Shown here: in pieces, positions 1-9,600 of the stretch
Layout of the letters: the number at the start of each line of letters is the position of its first letter
How positions within the stretch are numbered: position 1 is the stretch's first letter
Source of the DNA: Nitrosomonas europaea
GTDB taxonomy: Bacteria > Pseudomonadota > Gammaproteobacteria > Burkholderiales > Nitrosomonadaceae
Length of the DNA stretch: 32,000 nucleotides
Assembly (NCBI RefSeq): GCF_900167395.1
Contig: NZ_FUWK01000033.1
Span: forward strand, 1-32,000
Direction of reading: 5' to 3'
Notes under the pieces: generated by a model
The model's input: the letters and a program-made list of their open reading frames with translations, nothing else
Told to the model about the DNA's origin: nothing
The model's database searches: none
Program-made: the position numbers and the translations under genes

Positions 1-348
1 CAGGCCGGTGATGCGCCAGAAGGACGAAAGTTGCTGAAAACCCTGGAGAATAAGGGATTCTCTGACACTCACGTGATCATGGATAAAGCGTATGAAGGGG
101 ATGAAACCCGACAGTTGGTACTTGATCTGGGGATGATTCCAGTGGTGCCGCCAAAAGCAAATCGTGTGTCACCCTGGGAGTACGACGTTGAAATGTACAA
201 AAAGCGTAATGAGGTGGAACGGCTGTTTCGTCGCCTGAAGAGATTCAGAAGAATCTTCTCTCGCTTTGACAAGTTGGATTCAGTTTTCCGATTCTTCATC
301 CATTTCGCTCTGATCGTAGATTATTTAATTAGTGTTAACAGGCCCTAG
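1..348 (+). CDS. IS5-family (IS427/IS1031-like) DDE transposase, C-terminal part; the 5' end lies outside the window
   Basis: Frame 1 is open from base 1 (QAGDAPEGRKLLKTL...) to TAG at 346-348. The tail DKAYEGDETRQLVLDLGMIPVVPPKANR...YKKRNEVERLFRRLKRFRRIFSRFDKL is the characteristic C-terminal DDE block of IS5-family transposases. The IS end should lie within a few tens of bp after the stop, but its partner IR is outside the window. Confidence 0.85.
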   Translation, partial: QAGDAPEGRKLLKTLENKGFSDTHVIMDKAYEGDETRQLVLDLGMIPVVPPKANRVSPWEYDVEMYKKRNEVERLFRRLKRFRRIFSRFDKLDSVFRFFIHFALIVDYLISVNRP

Positions 349-433
349 TTAACCGGCCGTCGGAGTGCCGAAAGCGTGGAGGGAACCTGCAAGTGCAGCT
401 TCTTGGCGGTCCGCTCGAAGCGACGGTTAGCCC

Positions 434-1048
434 TCATGCGGTACCTAGCAAAGAGTTAAGGGTTCTTGTACCTGAAGGCGATAATAACCAGCCGAGTGCT
501 CCGCAGTTGAGTATGACGGTAACCCAGAACGTGGTTTGGAATGACGCTTTGGCTGACTTGTGCCGAAGTAGTCGCTGTGCGGCCAGAGCACCGGGCCAAC
601 CACCGAGAAGGGCGAATAAATGCAATGTACTTTCCTGGATTCGCCATTGATTCCGTAAGGCTGCGGATTTGTCGAATGCGTAGGCGAAGAAGGCAACGAT
701 ACTTGCAATGGTGTAAAACGCGAGGACAGGACTGGGAAGCCGGCCAGCGACGACGACACCAACGACAAAGATCAGGAAACAAACAGCGAATAGTGGGGGA
801 AGGCTGCTGCGGCTCGGAGCCTTAGGCGGTGTGGGCTGTTCGCCAACAAACGCGACAGCTTTCGCTTGGGAGCGGCCTTTACTATCGACCGTGAGTTCAT
901 AGGTGACGAGTTCGTTTCCTTCTGGCCGGCGCTGCCGGCTGGAAAACGAGTTGATATGTACAAAGATTTGCTCTCCGCCGCCGTTGGGTGTGACGAAGCC
1001 AAAGCCTTTGTCATCCTTCCACGTGGTAATTCGGCCTTGATAACGCAT
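434..1048 (-). CDS. Cold-shock domain fused to a DUF1294 membrane domain
   Basis: ATG at 1048, TGA at 434-436. The N-terminus MRYQGRITTWKDDKGFGFVTPNGGGEQIFVHINSF is a canonical CspA-like OB fold (KGFGF motif). A Pro-rich linker is followed by several hydrophobic helices containing HLFALLGGWPGALAAQRLLRHKS, typical of DUF1294. The architecture is recurrent but functionally uncharacterised. Confidence 0.85.
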   Translation of the reverse strand: MRYQGRITTWKDDKGFGFVTPNGGGEQIFVHINSFSSRQRRPEGNELVTYELTVDSKGRSQAKAVAFVGEQPTPPKAPSRSSLPPLFAVCFLIFVVGVVVAGRLPSPVLAFYTIASIVAFFAYAFDKSAALRNQWRIQESTLHLFALLGGWPGALAAQRLLRHKSAKASFQTTFWVTVILNCGALGWLLSPSGTRTLNSLLGTA

Positions 1049-1132
1049 ATCGATTTGATGAGAGGGCTAACATCTAAATTCACCGGTGCGCCGCCGCAGC
1101 GCGTAGCGCGGAGGTGTCCGCCCCAACGGCTG

Positions 1133-1700
1133 GTTAGATTTCATTTTGTGATCTTGGCCTTTTCGGTGGCAGCCACAAGCCCCTTTAGGAATCGGATTCC
1201 CTTCTCCAGCTCGTCGCGTTTAACTTTGTGGGGTTCGGCGCTTGCATGAAGAGCGGTGTTTGCCTTATGGGCGGCGTCCCCGCGTTTAGCCACCAGTGAA
1301 TCCAGCACTTTCTTCGAGGTGCTACTGTCGTAATTCTCCCACACCCAATCCTTGGTGATGTCCACGTCGAAGTAGTCGATAAAGATACGCCGGGTACGTT
1401 CATCATTTGGGTTGAAAAAACGCTTGAGATCTTCCTCAAGACGGCGCCGTACAAATTTTCCTAGAGGGCTCCCTTCTACCGCTTGAAGCCACGTGTCAAT
1501 CTCTGACTGGAGACGATCCTTAACGTAGGTTTCCCATGCCGCCAGTGCCATGACCAGTCCAGCGCGCTTCAAGACTTCGCCGTTGTGGCCGTTTGGCACT
1601 GTCTTCTCCGCGTCGTGCCTCGCGAGGAGATCCTCAGCGTCTCGGATGGCTCTTTCGAATGCGTCGAATGCTTTGGTCATGGCTGGTAATGAAATCTAAC
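1133..1700. repeat. Perfect 13-bp inverted repeat pair bracketing the HEPN ORF (arms 1133-1145 and 1688-1700)
   Basis: Plus strand 1133-1145 reads gttagatttcatt. Plus strand 1688-1700 reads aatgaaatctaac, its exact reverse complement. One arm overlaps the stop codon; the other ends 7 nt upstream of the ATG. Confidence 0.9.
1141..1680 (-). CDS. Stand-alone HEPN-domain protein (putative RNase), RiboL-PSP-HEPN-like layout
   Basis: ATG at 1680, TGA at 1141-1143; 179 aa, predicted all-helical. R133-GDAA-H138 fits the HEPN Rx4-6H motif in the C-terminal third. It is preceded by the conserved-looking helix LVMALAAWETYVKD. Family placement is from memory of HEPN architectures, not from a search. Confidence 0.6.
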   Translation of the reverse strand: MTKAFDAFERAIRDAEDLLARHDAEKTVPNGHNGEVLKRAGLVMALAAWETYVKDRLQSEIDTWLQAVEGSPLGKFVRRRLEEDLKRFFNPNDERTRRIFIDYFDVDITKDWVWENYDSSTSKKVLDSLVAKRGDAAHKANTALHASAEPHKVKRDELEKGIRFLKGLVAATEKAKITK

Positions 1701-1703
1701 GTT

Positions 1704-1725
1704 TATGCACCGTAAACGGTGCATA
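1704..1725. promoter_or_regulatory. Perfect palindrome (9-bp arms, 4-nt spacer) just upstream of the HEPN gene; candidate operator or 5' hairpin
   Basis: tatgcaccg-taaa-cggtgcata at 1704-1725. It lies 3 nt outside the right IR arm and 24 nt upstream of the ATG at 1680. Confidence 0.4.
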
Positions 1726-2010
1726 CTTCTTTGTAAAAGGGTGTATAACAAAACTCATTATTCAGTAAGGTTCTGAGTTAAAAAGAATTTAATAAATTAA
1801 ATATCGCGATCTTCTGTTTTGATGACACCTTGCTCATTCGATCAGCTTCGCGGCAGCCTGCTACTCTGAGCAGGAGAAAATCAGCTCCTTTAAAATTTCA
1901 GAAATGAGGTTTCAGGTATTTTGCTGCGTTTGCAGTTGATCTTAATCAGCGAGCAAAGGAGGAATTATCTGTTTATTGCGGTGAGAATGAGGGTGACTGA
2001 TATCCTGCCA

Positions 2011-2391
2011 TCAGCTTTCATCAAACGCGTTTCTGATCCATTCGATTTCATTTTCCCGGTTGCCACTGATCAGGACTGCATCGAAGCGGCAGGGAAAGTC
2101 ACCTTCATGTCCCGCCAGATAATGACGGGCGGTGCGTATCAGTCTGGACTGCTTGGCAGCGGTGATGCTGGCGGCTGCGCCACCAAACCGGTCACTGGAG
2201 CGCATCCTGACTTCAACGAACACTACTGTATCGTCCTCCCGCATGATCAGGTCGATTTCACCGAAGCGGCAGCGGTAATTTTTTTCCAGCAACGTCAGTT
2301 TCTGCTGCTGGAGAAAGGCAGCGGCGCACTGCTCGGCATCACTGCCTTTGTTTCCTGCGGATGACATGGGAGTGTCAGTAACTATTGGCAA
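2011..2391 (-). CDS. yraN: YraN family (UPF0102) endonuclease-like protein
   Basis: GEIDLIMREDDTVVFVEVRMRSSDRFGGAAASITAAKQSRLIRTARHYL...CRFDAVLISG...IEWIRNAFD closely parallels E. coli YraN. The start could be the second Met at 2367. Confidence 0.85.
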   Translation of the reverse strand: MPIVTDTPMSSAGNKGSDAEQCAAAFLQQQKLTLLEKNYRCRFGEIDLIMREDDTVVFVEVRMRSSDRFGGAAASITAAKQSRLIRTARHYLAGHEGDFPCRFDAVLISGNRENEIEWIRNAFDES

Positions 2392-2473
2392 AGGGTTCTG
2401 GATTGTTTCATCCTTTCAGGATTCGCAAAGACAGTTTTTTACGGTTACGCACCACATTCGGAAGAATCCATTT

Positions 2474-4261
2474 TTATCCATGCGCTCTCATCTTTTCTCC
2501 GGTTTGTACTTGCCACAGGTTGGTGTACAGACCGTTACGCGCCAGGAGGGCCTCGTGTGTACCGGTTTCCACTACTTCACCCTTGTCCAGTACATAAATG
2601 CAATGGGCATTACGGATGGTGGAAAGACGGTGTGCGATCACAATGGTGGTGCGGCCAACAGTAATCCGTTCCAGAGAACGCTGGATGGCTGCTTCTGTTT
2701 CATTATCCACTGCTGAAGTAGCTTCATCGAGTACCAGCACCGGCGGATTCTTGAGAACAGCACGGGCAATCGAGATGCGCTGTCGCTGGCCGCCGGAGAG
2801 TTTCTGCCCGCGTTCGCCTACGATGGTCTGATAATCATCCGGCAGTTCCATGATGAAATCATGTGCCTCAGCTGTTCTGGCTGCGGCGATGACATCTTCC
2901 ATATGGGCGCCGGACGAACCATACGCGATATTTTCATACACCGTGCCATGGAACAGATAAACGTCCTGGCTGACCAGACCGATCGATTTGCGCAGATCAT
3001 GCAGGCGCAAATCACGGATATCGTGACCATCCAGCAGAATACGTCCTTGTTGCGGCTCGTAGAAACGGAGCAGCAGTTTGACTATCGTACTCTTGCCGCT
3101 GCCGGTAGCCCCGACCAGTGCAATTGTCTGGCCGGCATGAACAGTCAGGGAAAGATGGTTCAGTGTCGATGCGCGCCGCTCATAGTTGAAGCTGATATCG
3201 TCAAAAATGATTTCGCCGCTGACCTGTGCCGCGGGTAGTGTTTGCGGCCCGTCTGTAATGGTCGGTTGAGCCTGTAATAAATCCAGCACGCGGTGTGTGG
3301 AGGCCATCGCGCGCTGGTACAGATCGAGTGTTTCCCCCAGGCGAGTGAGCGGCCACAGCAGGCGCTGGGTCATGAATACCAGAATGCTGTACGCGCCGAC
3401 ATTCAGTTCGCCGCCAGCAGCCATTAGCCCCGCTGCAATCATGATGGCACTGAAACCGAGTGCGATCACCATACGGATGATCGGTACAAAGGCAGCACTG
3501 AGGGCAATCGCGTGCTGATTCTTTTCCTGATAGATCTGGCTTTCGCGCTCAATCTGGCGTAATTCATACGGTTCAGTCGTATAACTTTTGATGGTGGCAA
3601 TGCCGCCAAGATTATTGGACAGATAGCTGTTCAGAATGCTGACCTGTTCGCGGACGGCCATATAGCGCGGAGCAATGCGTTTCTGAAACAGGTAGGAACC
3701 GGCCACGACGAATGGCATGGGCAATAACGCCATCCATGCCACGCCAGGTGTCAGGTAGATGAACATGCCACCCACTGTGATGACGGTGGTCAGAAGCTGA
3801 ATGAGGTCATTTGCTCCGACATCCAGAAACCGCTCCAGCTGATTGATGTCATCGTTCAGGATCGCCATCATCCCGCCGGTGCTGCGTGCCTCGAAGTAGG
3901 CCAGCTCCAGTTTCTGAACATGATCATAGGCATCCAGGCGCAACGTATGCTGAATACTCTGCGCCAGGTTGCGCCAGCAGAGCTTGAGCAGATATTCCCA
4001 GATGGATTCGAATCCCCAGACGATGAGGGTGATCGTAGCCAGTATCCAGAGCTGGGTCGAGACCTCCGGAAATCCCAGCCGGGCAAATACCGAAGATTGC
4101 TGATTGACGACGATGTCTACTGCCATCCCTATCAATACCGGCGGCGCCAGATCGAACAGCTTATTGAGAATCGAAAATAATGTAGCCAGCCAGATACGGC
4201 CGCGAAAAGCATGGCCGTAGCGCAGCAGGCGAATCAGCGGAGCGGATGAATGATTGGACAT
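2474..4261 (-). CDS. ABC exporter, fused permease/ATP-binding protein (MsbA/MdlB-like)
   Basis: Six-TM domain followed by Walker A GATGSGKST, signature LSGGQRQR, Walker B VLVLDEATSAVD and the H-loop IAHRL. The ORF is open to 4423. I place the start at ATG 4261 (MSNHSSAPLIRLLRY...) because the 54 upstream residues look non-native and would almost reach rsmI. Confidence 0.85.
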   Translation of the reverse strand: MSNHSSAPLIRLLRYGHAFRGRIWLATLFSILNKLFDLAPPVLIGMAVDIVVNQQSSVFARLGFPEVSTQLWILATITLIVWGFESIWEYLLKLCWRNLAQSIQHTLRLDAYDHVQKLELAYFEARSTGGMMAILNDDINQLERFLDVGANDLIQLLTTVITVGGMFIYLTPGVAWMALLPMPFVVAGSYLFQKRIAPRYMAVREQVSILNSYLSNNLGGIATIKSYTTEPYELRQIERESQIYQEKNQHAIALSAAFVPIIRMVIALGFSAIMIAAGLMAAGGELNVGAYSILVFMTQRLLWPLTRLGETLDLYQRAMASTHRVLDLLQAQPTITDGPQTLPAAQVSGEIIFDDISFNYERRASTLNHLSLTVHAGQTIALVGATGSGKSTIVKLLLRFYEPQQGRILLDGHDIRDLRLHDLRKSIGLVSQDVYLFHGTVYENIAYGSSGAHMEDVIAAARTAEAHDFIMELPDDYQTIVGERGQKLSGGQRQRISIARAVLKNPPVLVLDEATSAVDNETEAAIQRSLERITVGRTTIVIAHRLSTIRNAHCIYVLDKGEVVETGTHEALLARNGLYTNLWQVQTGEKMRAHG

Positions 4262-4443
4262 AAGAACGGTGGTTGGTTTGAATTGGGATTGAGCAAATCC
4301 GAAAGATCGGAAGCGGTATGGAACAGCCTTATCTGTTTTACCGGCAGCATCCGGCACATTGGAAAAAGCGGGCAACTGCCGTATAGTGCGCCCACACCCG
4401 CCGAAAACACCGGGATCAGCCATTTTCAGTCAGGGCCACGAAT

Positions 4444-5322
4444 ATGCCAGCTGCAGCAGGAGTATCCAAAGGGACATTATATGTGGTTGGTACCCCCATC
4501 GGGAATTTGCGCGACATTACCCTGCGCGCATTGGAAATATTGTCTGCGGTCGACTGTATTGCGGCTGAACACATTCAGCATGCGCAAAAGCTGCTGGCAG
4601 GGCATGCTTTGCATACCACGTCTACCCGTATCATGCCATTACATCAGCATAACGAAGGCAGCGCGGTGGAGAAAATCATCGAACTGCTGGGGAGCGGCAA
4701 ATCGGTCGCCCTGATCTCCGATGCGGGCACTCCGGCGATTTCCGATCCAGGCGCCTTGCTGGTGCAGCAGGTACTGGCGCGAAGCCTCCCGGTCGTGCCC
4801 ATTCCTGGCGCCAATGCGGCGTTGTGTGCTTTATCCGCATCCGGTCTGATTGCACCGCATTTTTTCTTTTATGGATTTTTACCGGCAAAAAGCGGGGAGC
4901 GTCAGCGCAAGCTGGCCGGTTTGAAAACGCTATACGCCTGTATCCTGGTTTTTTATGAAGCACCGCACCGTGTACTCGAATGTGTTGCGGATATGGTTGC
5001 CGTATTGGGTACCACCCGTGAAATCACGTTTGCCCGTGAACTGACCAAGCTATTCGAGACGATTCATACCTGTGCGCTGGGAGAAGCGCTGGACTGGCTG
5101 CAGGCCGATGAAAACCGGCTGAGAGGCGAGTTCGTTCTGTTGCTGGCGCCGGCAGAAGAACCTGGGCAGGAGGACATCAGCCCGCAAGCTGTACATGCGC
5201 TTGCCATCCTGCAAAGAGAACTGCCTTTGAAACAGGCGGTGCAACTGGCTGCAGAAATTACCGGTGAAGGCAGAAAAAAGCTCTATGCCCGGGCGCTGCT
5301 GGAACGAAAAACGGAAACATAG
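4444..5322 (+). CDS. rsmI: 16S rRNA (cytidine1402-2'-O)-methyltransferase RsmI
   Basis: GTLYVVGTPIGNLRDITLRALEIL...AEHIQH...ALISDAGTPAISDPG...VVPIPGANAA...GFLPAKSGERQ...FYEAPHR...ARELTKLFETIH matches E. coli RsmI almost block for block. Confidence 0.9.
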   Translation: MPAAAGVSKGTLYVVGTPIGNLRDITLRALEILSAVDCIAAEHIQHAQKLLAGHALHTTSTRIMPLHQHNEGSAVEKIIELLGSGKSVALISDAGTPAISDPGALLVQQVLARSLPVVPIPGANAALCALSASGLIAPHFFFYGFLPAKSGERQRKLAGLKTLYACILVFYEAPHRVLECVADMVAVLGTTREITFARELTKLFETIHTCALGEALDWLQADENRLRGEFVLLLAPAEEPGQEDISPQAVHALAILQRELPLKQAVQLAAEITGEGRKKLYARALLERKTET

Positions 5323-5343
5323 ACAATTATCCACTCGCAATGA

Positions 5344-6396
5344 TCATGAGTCACAATCTTTTTCTTTCCTGCGATTAAACTCGCGATAAATGCTCGGCGC
5401 CACGCCGATCCAGCGCTTGAAGGCGAGATTGAACGCCGGGAGTGCCGTATATCCCAGCAGGCCACAGATGTTGCTGATGGGAACATCGGTCGTTTCCAGC
5501 ATCTCGCATGCAAGTGATTCCCTCACCTTGTCCAGGATCGCCGAAAAGCTGGTGTTTTCCTGCTGCAGCAGGCGCTGCAGCTTCTTTGGACTGAGTCCCA
5601 GCGATACCGCGAAGTACTCGAGATTGCACAGGCTGGTATTGAGCACGATCGGGATGCCAGCGGCGACGGTTGCCGCGACCGACTGATCATAGAGCGGCAT
5701 CTTGGCAATCCGGTAACGCAGATAGAGATCGAGCAATGGCTCGAGTCCGGCCAGGCGACCATTGGTCGGTCGATTGAGATATTCATGCGGGAATACGAGC
5801 TCGTTGTGCGCAGCTTCGAACTCGACCGGGCAGTCGAAAAGTGCTTCATGCGGTTGCGTGTCACAAGGACGGGCATGGCGGAACCGGATGAGATGGGCTT
5901 TTTCATCTGTAGCATCGATCACGGTTCTGGCCATTCGGTAGAATGTAGCGACCAGTCCTTCTGTCTGCTGGCGCGGGGATTTTGCCAGGGGATCCTTCAA
6001 CAGCCGCACGTATGCGAACGGGCCGCCGTCCCTGATCAGTAACGGAACCCAGGCATTCGTGTAGTAGCGCGCGTAGCGCTCGCATGCGTCAAGCCATTCT
6101 TCAAAGGTGTGCGTGATCTGTGAAAGAAAGATTGCTGCTCCTGCGGTGGGATAAGTATTCGGCAGCGAAAAAGCATGATCCAGGCCGAAGTTCGGACGTC
6201 CTAGTTCCTGCGCCGCTAGTTCGCAGAATATACCCTGGCGGGGCCAGGAGATGAGTATGTCGGGATTGCTGAACGCTTCCCTTGGCAGCCCTGCCTGGTC
6301 GGCCAGGGTATGGAGATCACCACCGGATGAATGGACGAGATCATCGAATCCAAACAGGCAATTCGGACGGATGTAGGGCTCTCGCCGCCCAATCAT
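5344..6396 (-). CDS. AraC-family transcriptional regulator with an N-terminal AraC-binding-like domain
   Basis: C-terminal HTH ...SNICGLLGYTALPAFNLAFKRWIGVAPSIYRE. The ORF is open to a TTG at 6534. ATG 6396 (MIGRREPYIRPN...) gives a typical length of about 350 aa, and the extra 46 aa are low-complexity. Confidence 0.8.
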   Translation of the reverse strand: MIGRREPYIRPNCLFGFDDLVHSSGGDLHTLADQAGLPREAFSNPDILISWPRQGIFCELAAQELGRPNFGLDHAFSLPNTYPTAGAAIFLSQITHTFEEWLDACERYARYYTNAWVPLLIRDGGPFAYVRLLKDPLAKSPRQQTEGLVATFYRMARTVIDATDEKAHLIRFRHARPCDTQPHEALFDCPVEFEAAHNELVFPHEYLNRPTNGRLAGLEPLLDLYLRYRIAKMPLYDQSVAATVAAGIPIVLNTSLCNLEYFAVSLGLSPKKLQRLLQQENTSFSAILDKVRESLACEMLETTDVPISNICGLLGYTALPAFNLAFKRWIGVAPSIYREFNRRKEKDCDS

Positions 6397-6573
6397 TCTT
6401 TTGTCTGCCAGAAATCTTCTCCTTCTTTTTTGGGCCGCACCTCTACCTGATGGGCGCGAACAATCGTGAAGGGAAGAAATATAGCGGATAAAACCTGCAT
6501 CGGAATCGCAGGTAGCCCCTTGATTGGGCTTCAATGTCTCAAATTATGAAGTATAAGGGGATGAAAATTAAAG

Positions 6574-6602
6574 AATCCCGGCGAAGCACTTAATAATCCC
6601 GG
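6574..6602. promoter_or_regulatory. Direct repeat aatcccgg x2 spaced 21 bp apart, in the AraC/autotransporter divergent region; candidate operator
   Basis: aatcccgg occurs at 6574-6581 and 6595-6602, with starts 21 bp apart (two helical turns). This fits the direct-repeat geometry common for AraC-family sites. Only 8 bp, so weak. Confidence 0.2.
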
Positions 6603-6675
6603 ACCTCATAACGATTAAGAATTCGGTGACAACCGAAAATAGTATCCCGTTTCGTTATGAAAAAGATGTGCCCGT

Positions 6676-9600
6676 ATGAAATTTTCCACAATCCTTACCT
6701 TCCTGAGTGGTACCACCTTCGTATATCCTGCCGCATTTGCGCAAAGTATCATCGCCAGCGGTAATATTCTTCCCGGTATCCCGGCGCCGCCTCTTGCGCT
6801 ATGGCAACCTGCCAATTTACGTGTGGGCGTGAATGCAGCGGGCACGCTTTCCATTACCGATGGTGGTATGGTTGCCGGTCCGGGTCAGGCGCTCCTCGGC
6901 TCTGCCGTTGGTAGTTCTGGCACGGTGATGGTCAGTGGTAATGATTCCCTGTTCTCCACCGTATTGCAAATGCACGTGGGTAGTAGTGGCACGGGCACTC
7001 TCAAGATTGAGGACAGGGGCACCGCCAATATCGGTACATTCCTTTATATCGGCCGTTTCATTGGTTCCGATGGCCTCGTGACTGTGAGCGGCGCGGGATC
7101 GAGGCTGACCAACGGCAACATGATGCAGGTCGGTAGCGAAGGCACCGGCGCTTTGATCATCGAAGATGGTGCAACGGTGAACAGCACGAACGTGACCCGG
7201 ATCGGCTGGAGCTCGACAGGTATAGGTACGGCTATCGTTCAGGGTTCCGGTTCAAGCTGGACAACGAACAACTCGATGTCCGTGGGTTTCGGCGGCTCTG
7301 GCAGATTGCTGATCGTAGATGGTGGCGCTGTAAGCAATGTCGAAGGCTTTGTCGGCCGCGAGACCGGATCGACCGGCGAGGTGACGGTCTCAGGCGCGGG
7401 TTCTTCCTGGTCGAACAGCGCGGCCCTTGAGATCGGCAGTTTCGGCATGGGCGAGTTGATGGTCGAAGACGGTGGTGCACTCAGCAACACGGATGGCCGG
7501 ATCGGGCGGGAGGCCGGCGCTATCGGTACCGTGACGATCAAGGATGCGGGTTCCACCTGGAGCAACACGGGTACGCTCTACATCGGCGATCTCGGCAAAG
7601 GTACGCTGACTGTTGCCGATGGCGGCAAGGCGAATATCGTGGCCAGCTTCGTGATTGGCCGCCAGGCGGGCGCCGAAGGTCTCGTGACCTTAAGCGGCGC
7701 GGGATCGAGCCTCATCAACACCAGTTCCACGCAGGTCGGCGGCGCGGGCAAGGGTACGCTGATCGTCGAGAATGGCGGCGTGGGCCAATCGAACAACCTC
7801 TCGGTCGGGGTCTCGTCAGGCAGCACCGGATCGGTCGCGGTTCGCGGCGCCGATTCACGCTGGATCGCAGGCAGCATCCTGACCATCGGCGCAAGCGGCC
7901 ATGGCACGCTGACGATCGAAGACGGCGGCTCGGTCACCAGCACTCTGACCACTATCGGGTCCAACACTTCGGGTCTCGGCGAAGCGACCGTCTCAGGCGC
8001 GGACTCCACCTGGACCAACAGCGGCGCCCTCATTGTAGGAGCACTGGGCAACGGCACGCTCACCGTCTCAGACGGCGGCATGGTTTCGAATGCAACCGCA
8101 GGTATTGGCGTCGGTACAGGCCGCCAGGGCGTGGCCCTGGTTTCCGGCGCTGGCGCACGCTGGATCAACAGCGGTGATTTAACCGTCGGTACCAACGGCA
8201 GCGCCACCCTGACCGTCGCAGACGGTGGCCATGTTAGTGTCGGCGGCGGCAACGGCATTGTTCATGTCGCTGAAGCCGCGACAGCAAATGGCGTGGTGAA
8301 TATCGGGGCTGCGGCGGGTAGTGCGCCGGTCGGGGCCGGCACGCTGGGCGCCGCCGAAGTTCGTTTTGGCGACGGCACCGGCAGGCTTAATTTCAATCAT
8401 ACCGATAGCGCCTATCTCTTCTCACCCGTCATCACCGGAAACGGGGCGCTCAATCACTATTCCGGCACGACCATCCTGACCGGCGACAACACCTATAGCG
8501 GTTCTACGATGATTGCGGGCGGTGTGCTCCAGCTCGGCAATGGCGGCACGAGCGGCTCGGTCACCAGCGACATCCAGATCGACAGCACAGGAACACTGCG
8601 CATTGATCGTTCAAATGACTGGACCTATGCAGGTATCCTTTCCGGGACTGGCGTCTTCGATCAATTGGGCACCGGTACGACGATGCTCACCGGCAACAGC
8701 GCTGCTTTTAACGGTACGACGACGGTTACGAATGGCCGTCTGATCGTTGGCATGGGCGGCGCCGGGACGCTCGGCGGTATGGTCAATGTGCTGGATGGCG
8801 CAACACTTGGCGGTTCGGGCACGGTCGGTAGCGCCGGGGCCGACGTCACCATCCTTGGCGGCGGTGTGCACGCGCCGGGTAACAGCGTTGGCGTTCAGAC
8901 CATTGCCGGCAACTACGTCAATTACGGCACACTGCGAATCGACGGTACACCGGCGGGGACGGACATGCTCATTGTGCAGGGTGGCGTCGATATTACCGGT
9001 GCCACCCTCGATCTCCAGCTTTCTCCTCCCGTGGCGTCGGGCTGGAATATCATCAACGGGCCGTTCACTATCATCGACAAGCAGAGTGCCGGCGCAGTGG
9101 CTGGCAGCTTCGGCGCGGTCAACAACAATCTGTTGTTCCTCGATCCATACGTGAATTATGCTGGTGGCGATGGCAACGATATCACGCTCGATTTCGTGCG
9201 CAATGACGTTGCCTTTGCATCGGTCGCGCTCACTCCGAACCAGATCGCGACGGGCAGGGGAATTGGTACGCTGCCTTATGGCCACCCGATATGGAACACG
9301 ATTGCGCTCATGAGCGATGAGGTCGCCGTGCGCCGGAGCTTCGACTTTCTTTCGGGAGAAATCCATGCCACTGCATCCAGCGTGCTGCTCGAAGAAAGCC
9401 GTTTTCCGCGCAGAGCAGTCAATGACCGGCTTCGATCCGCGTTTGACACAAATACCGACACTGCATTCTGGGCACATGGCTATGGGGCCTGGGCCGGTTG
9501 GCAGAGTGATGGCAACGCTGCCTCCCTCAAACGCGATACTGGCGGGTTGCTCCTGGGCCTCGATGGTCAGCTTGGCAACTGGCGGACAGGCGTCATGACC

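Noticed and set aside
4262-4423. 54-codon N-terminal extension of the ABC exporter ORF
   Set aside because: The extension (MADPGVFGGCGRTIRQLPAF...) precedes the normal N-terminus of this family and would leave only 20 bp to the divergent rsmI start. The internal ATG at 4261 is preferred.
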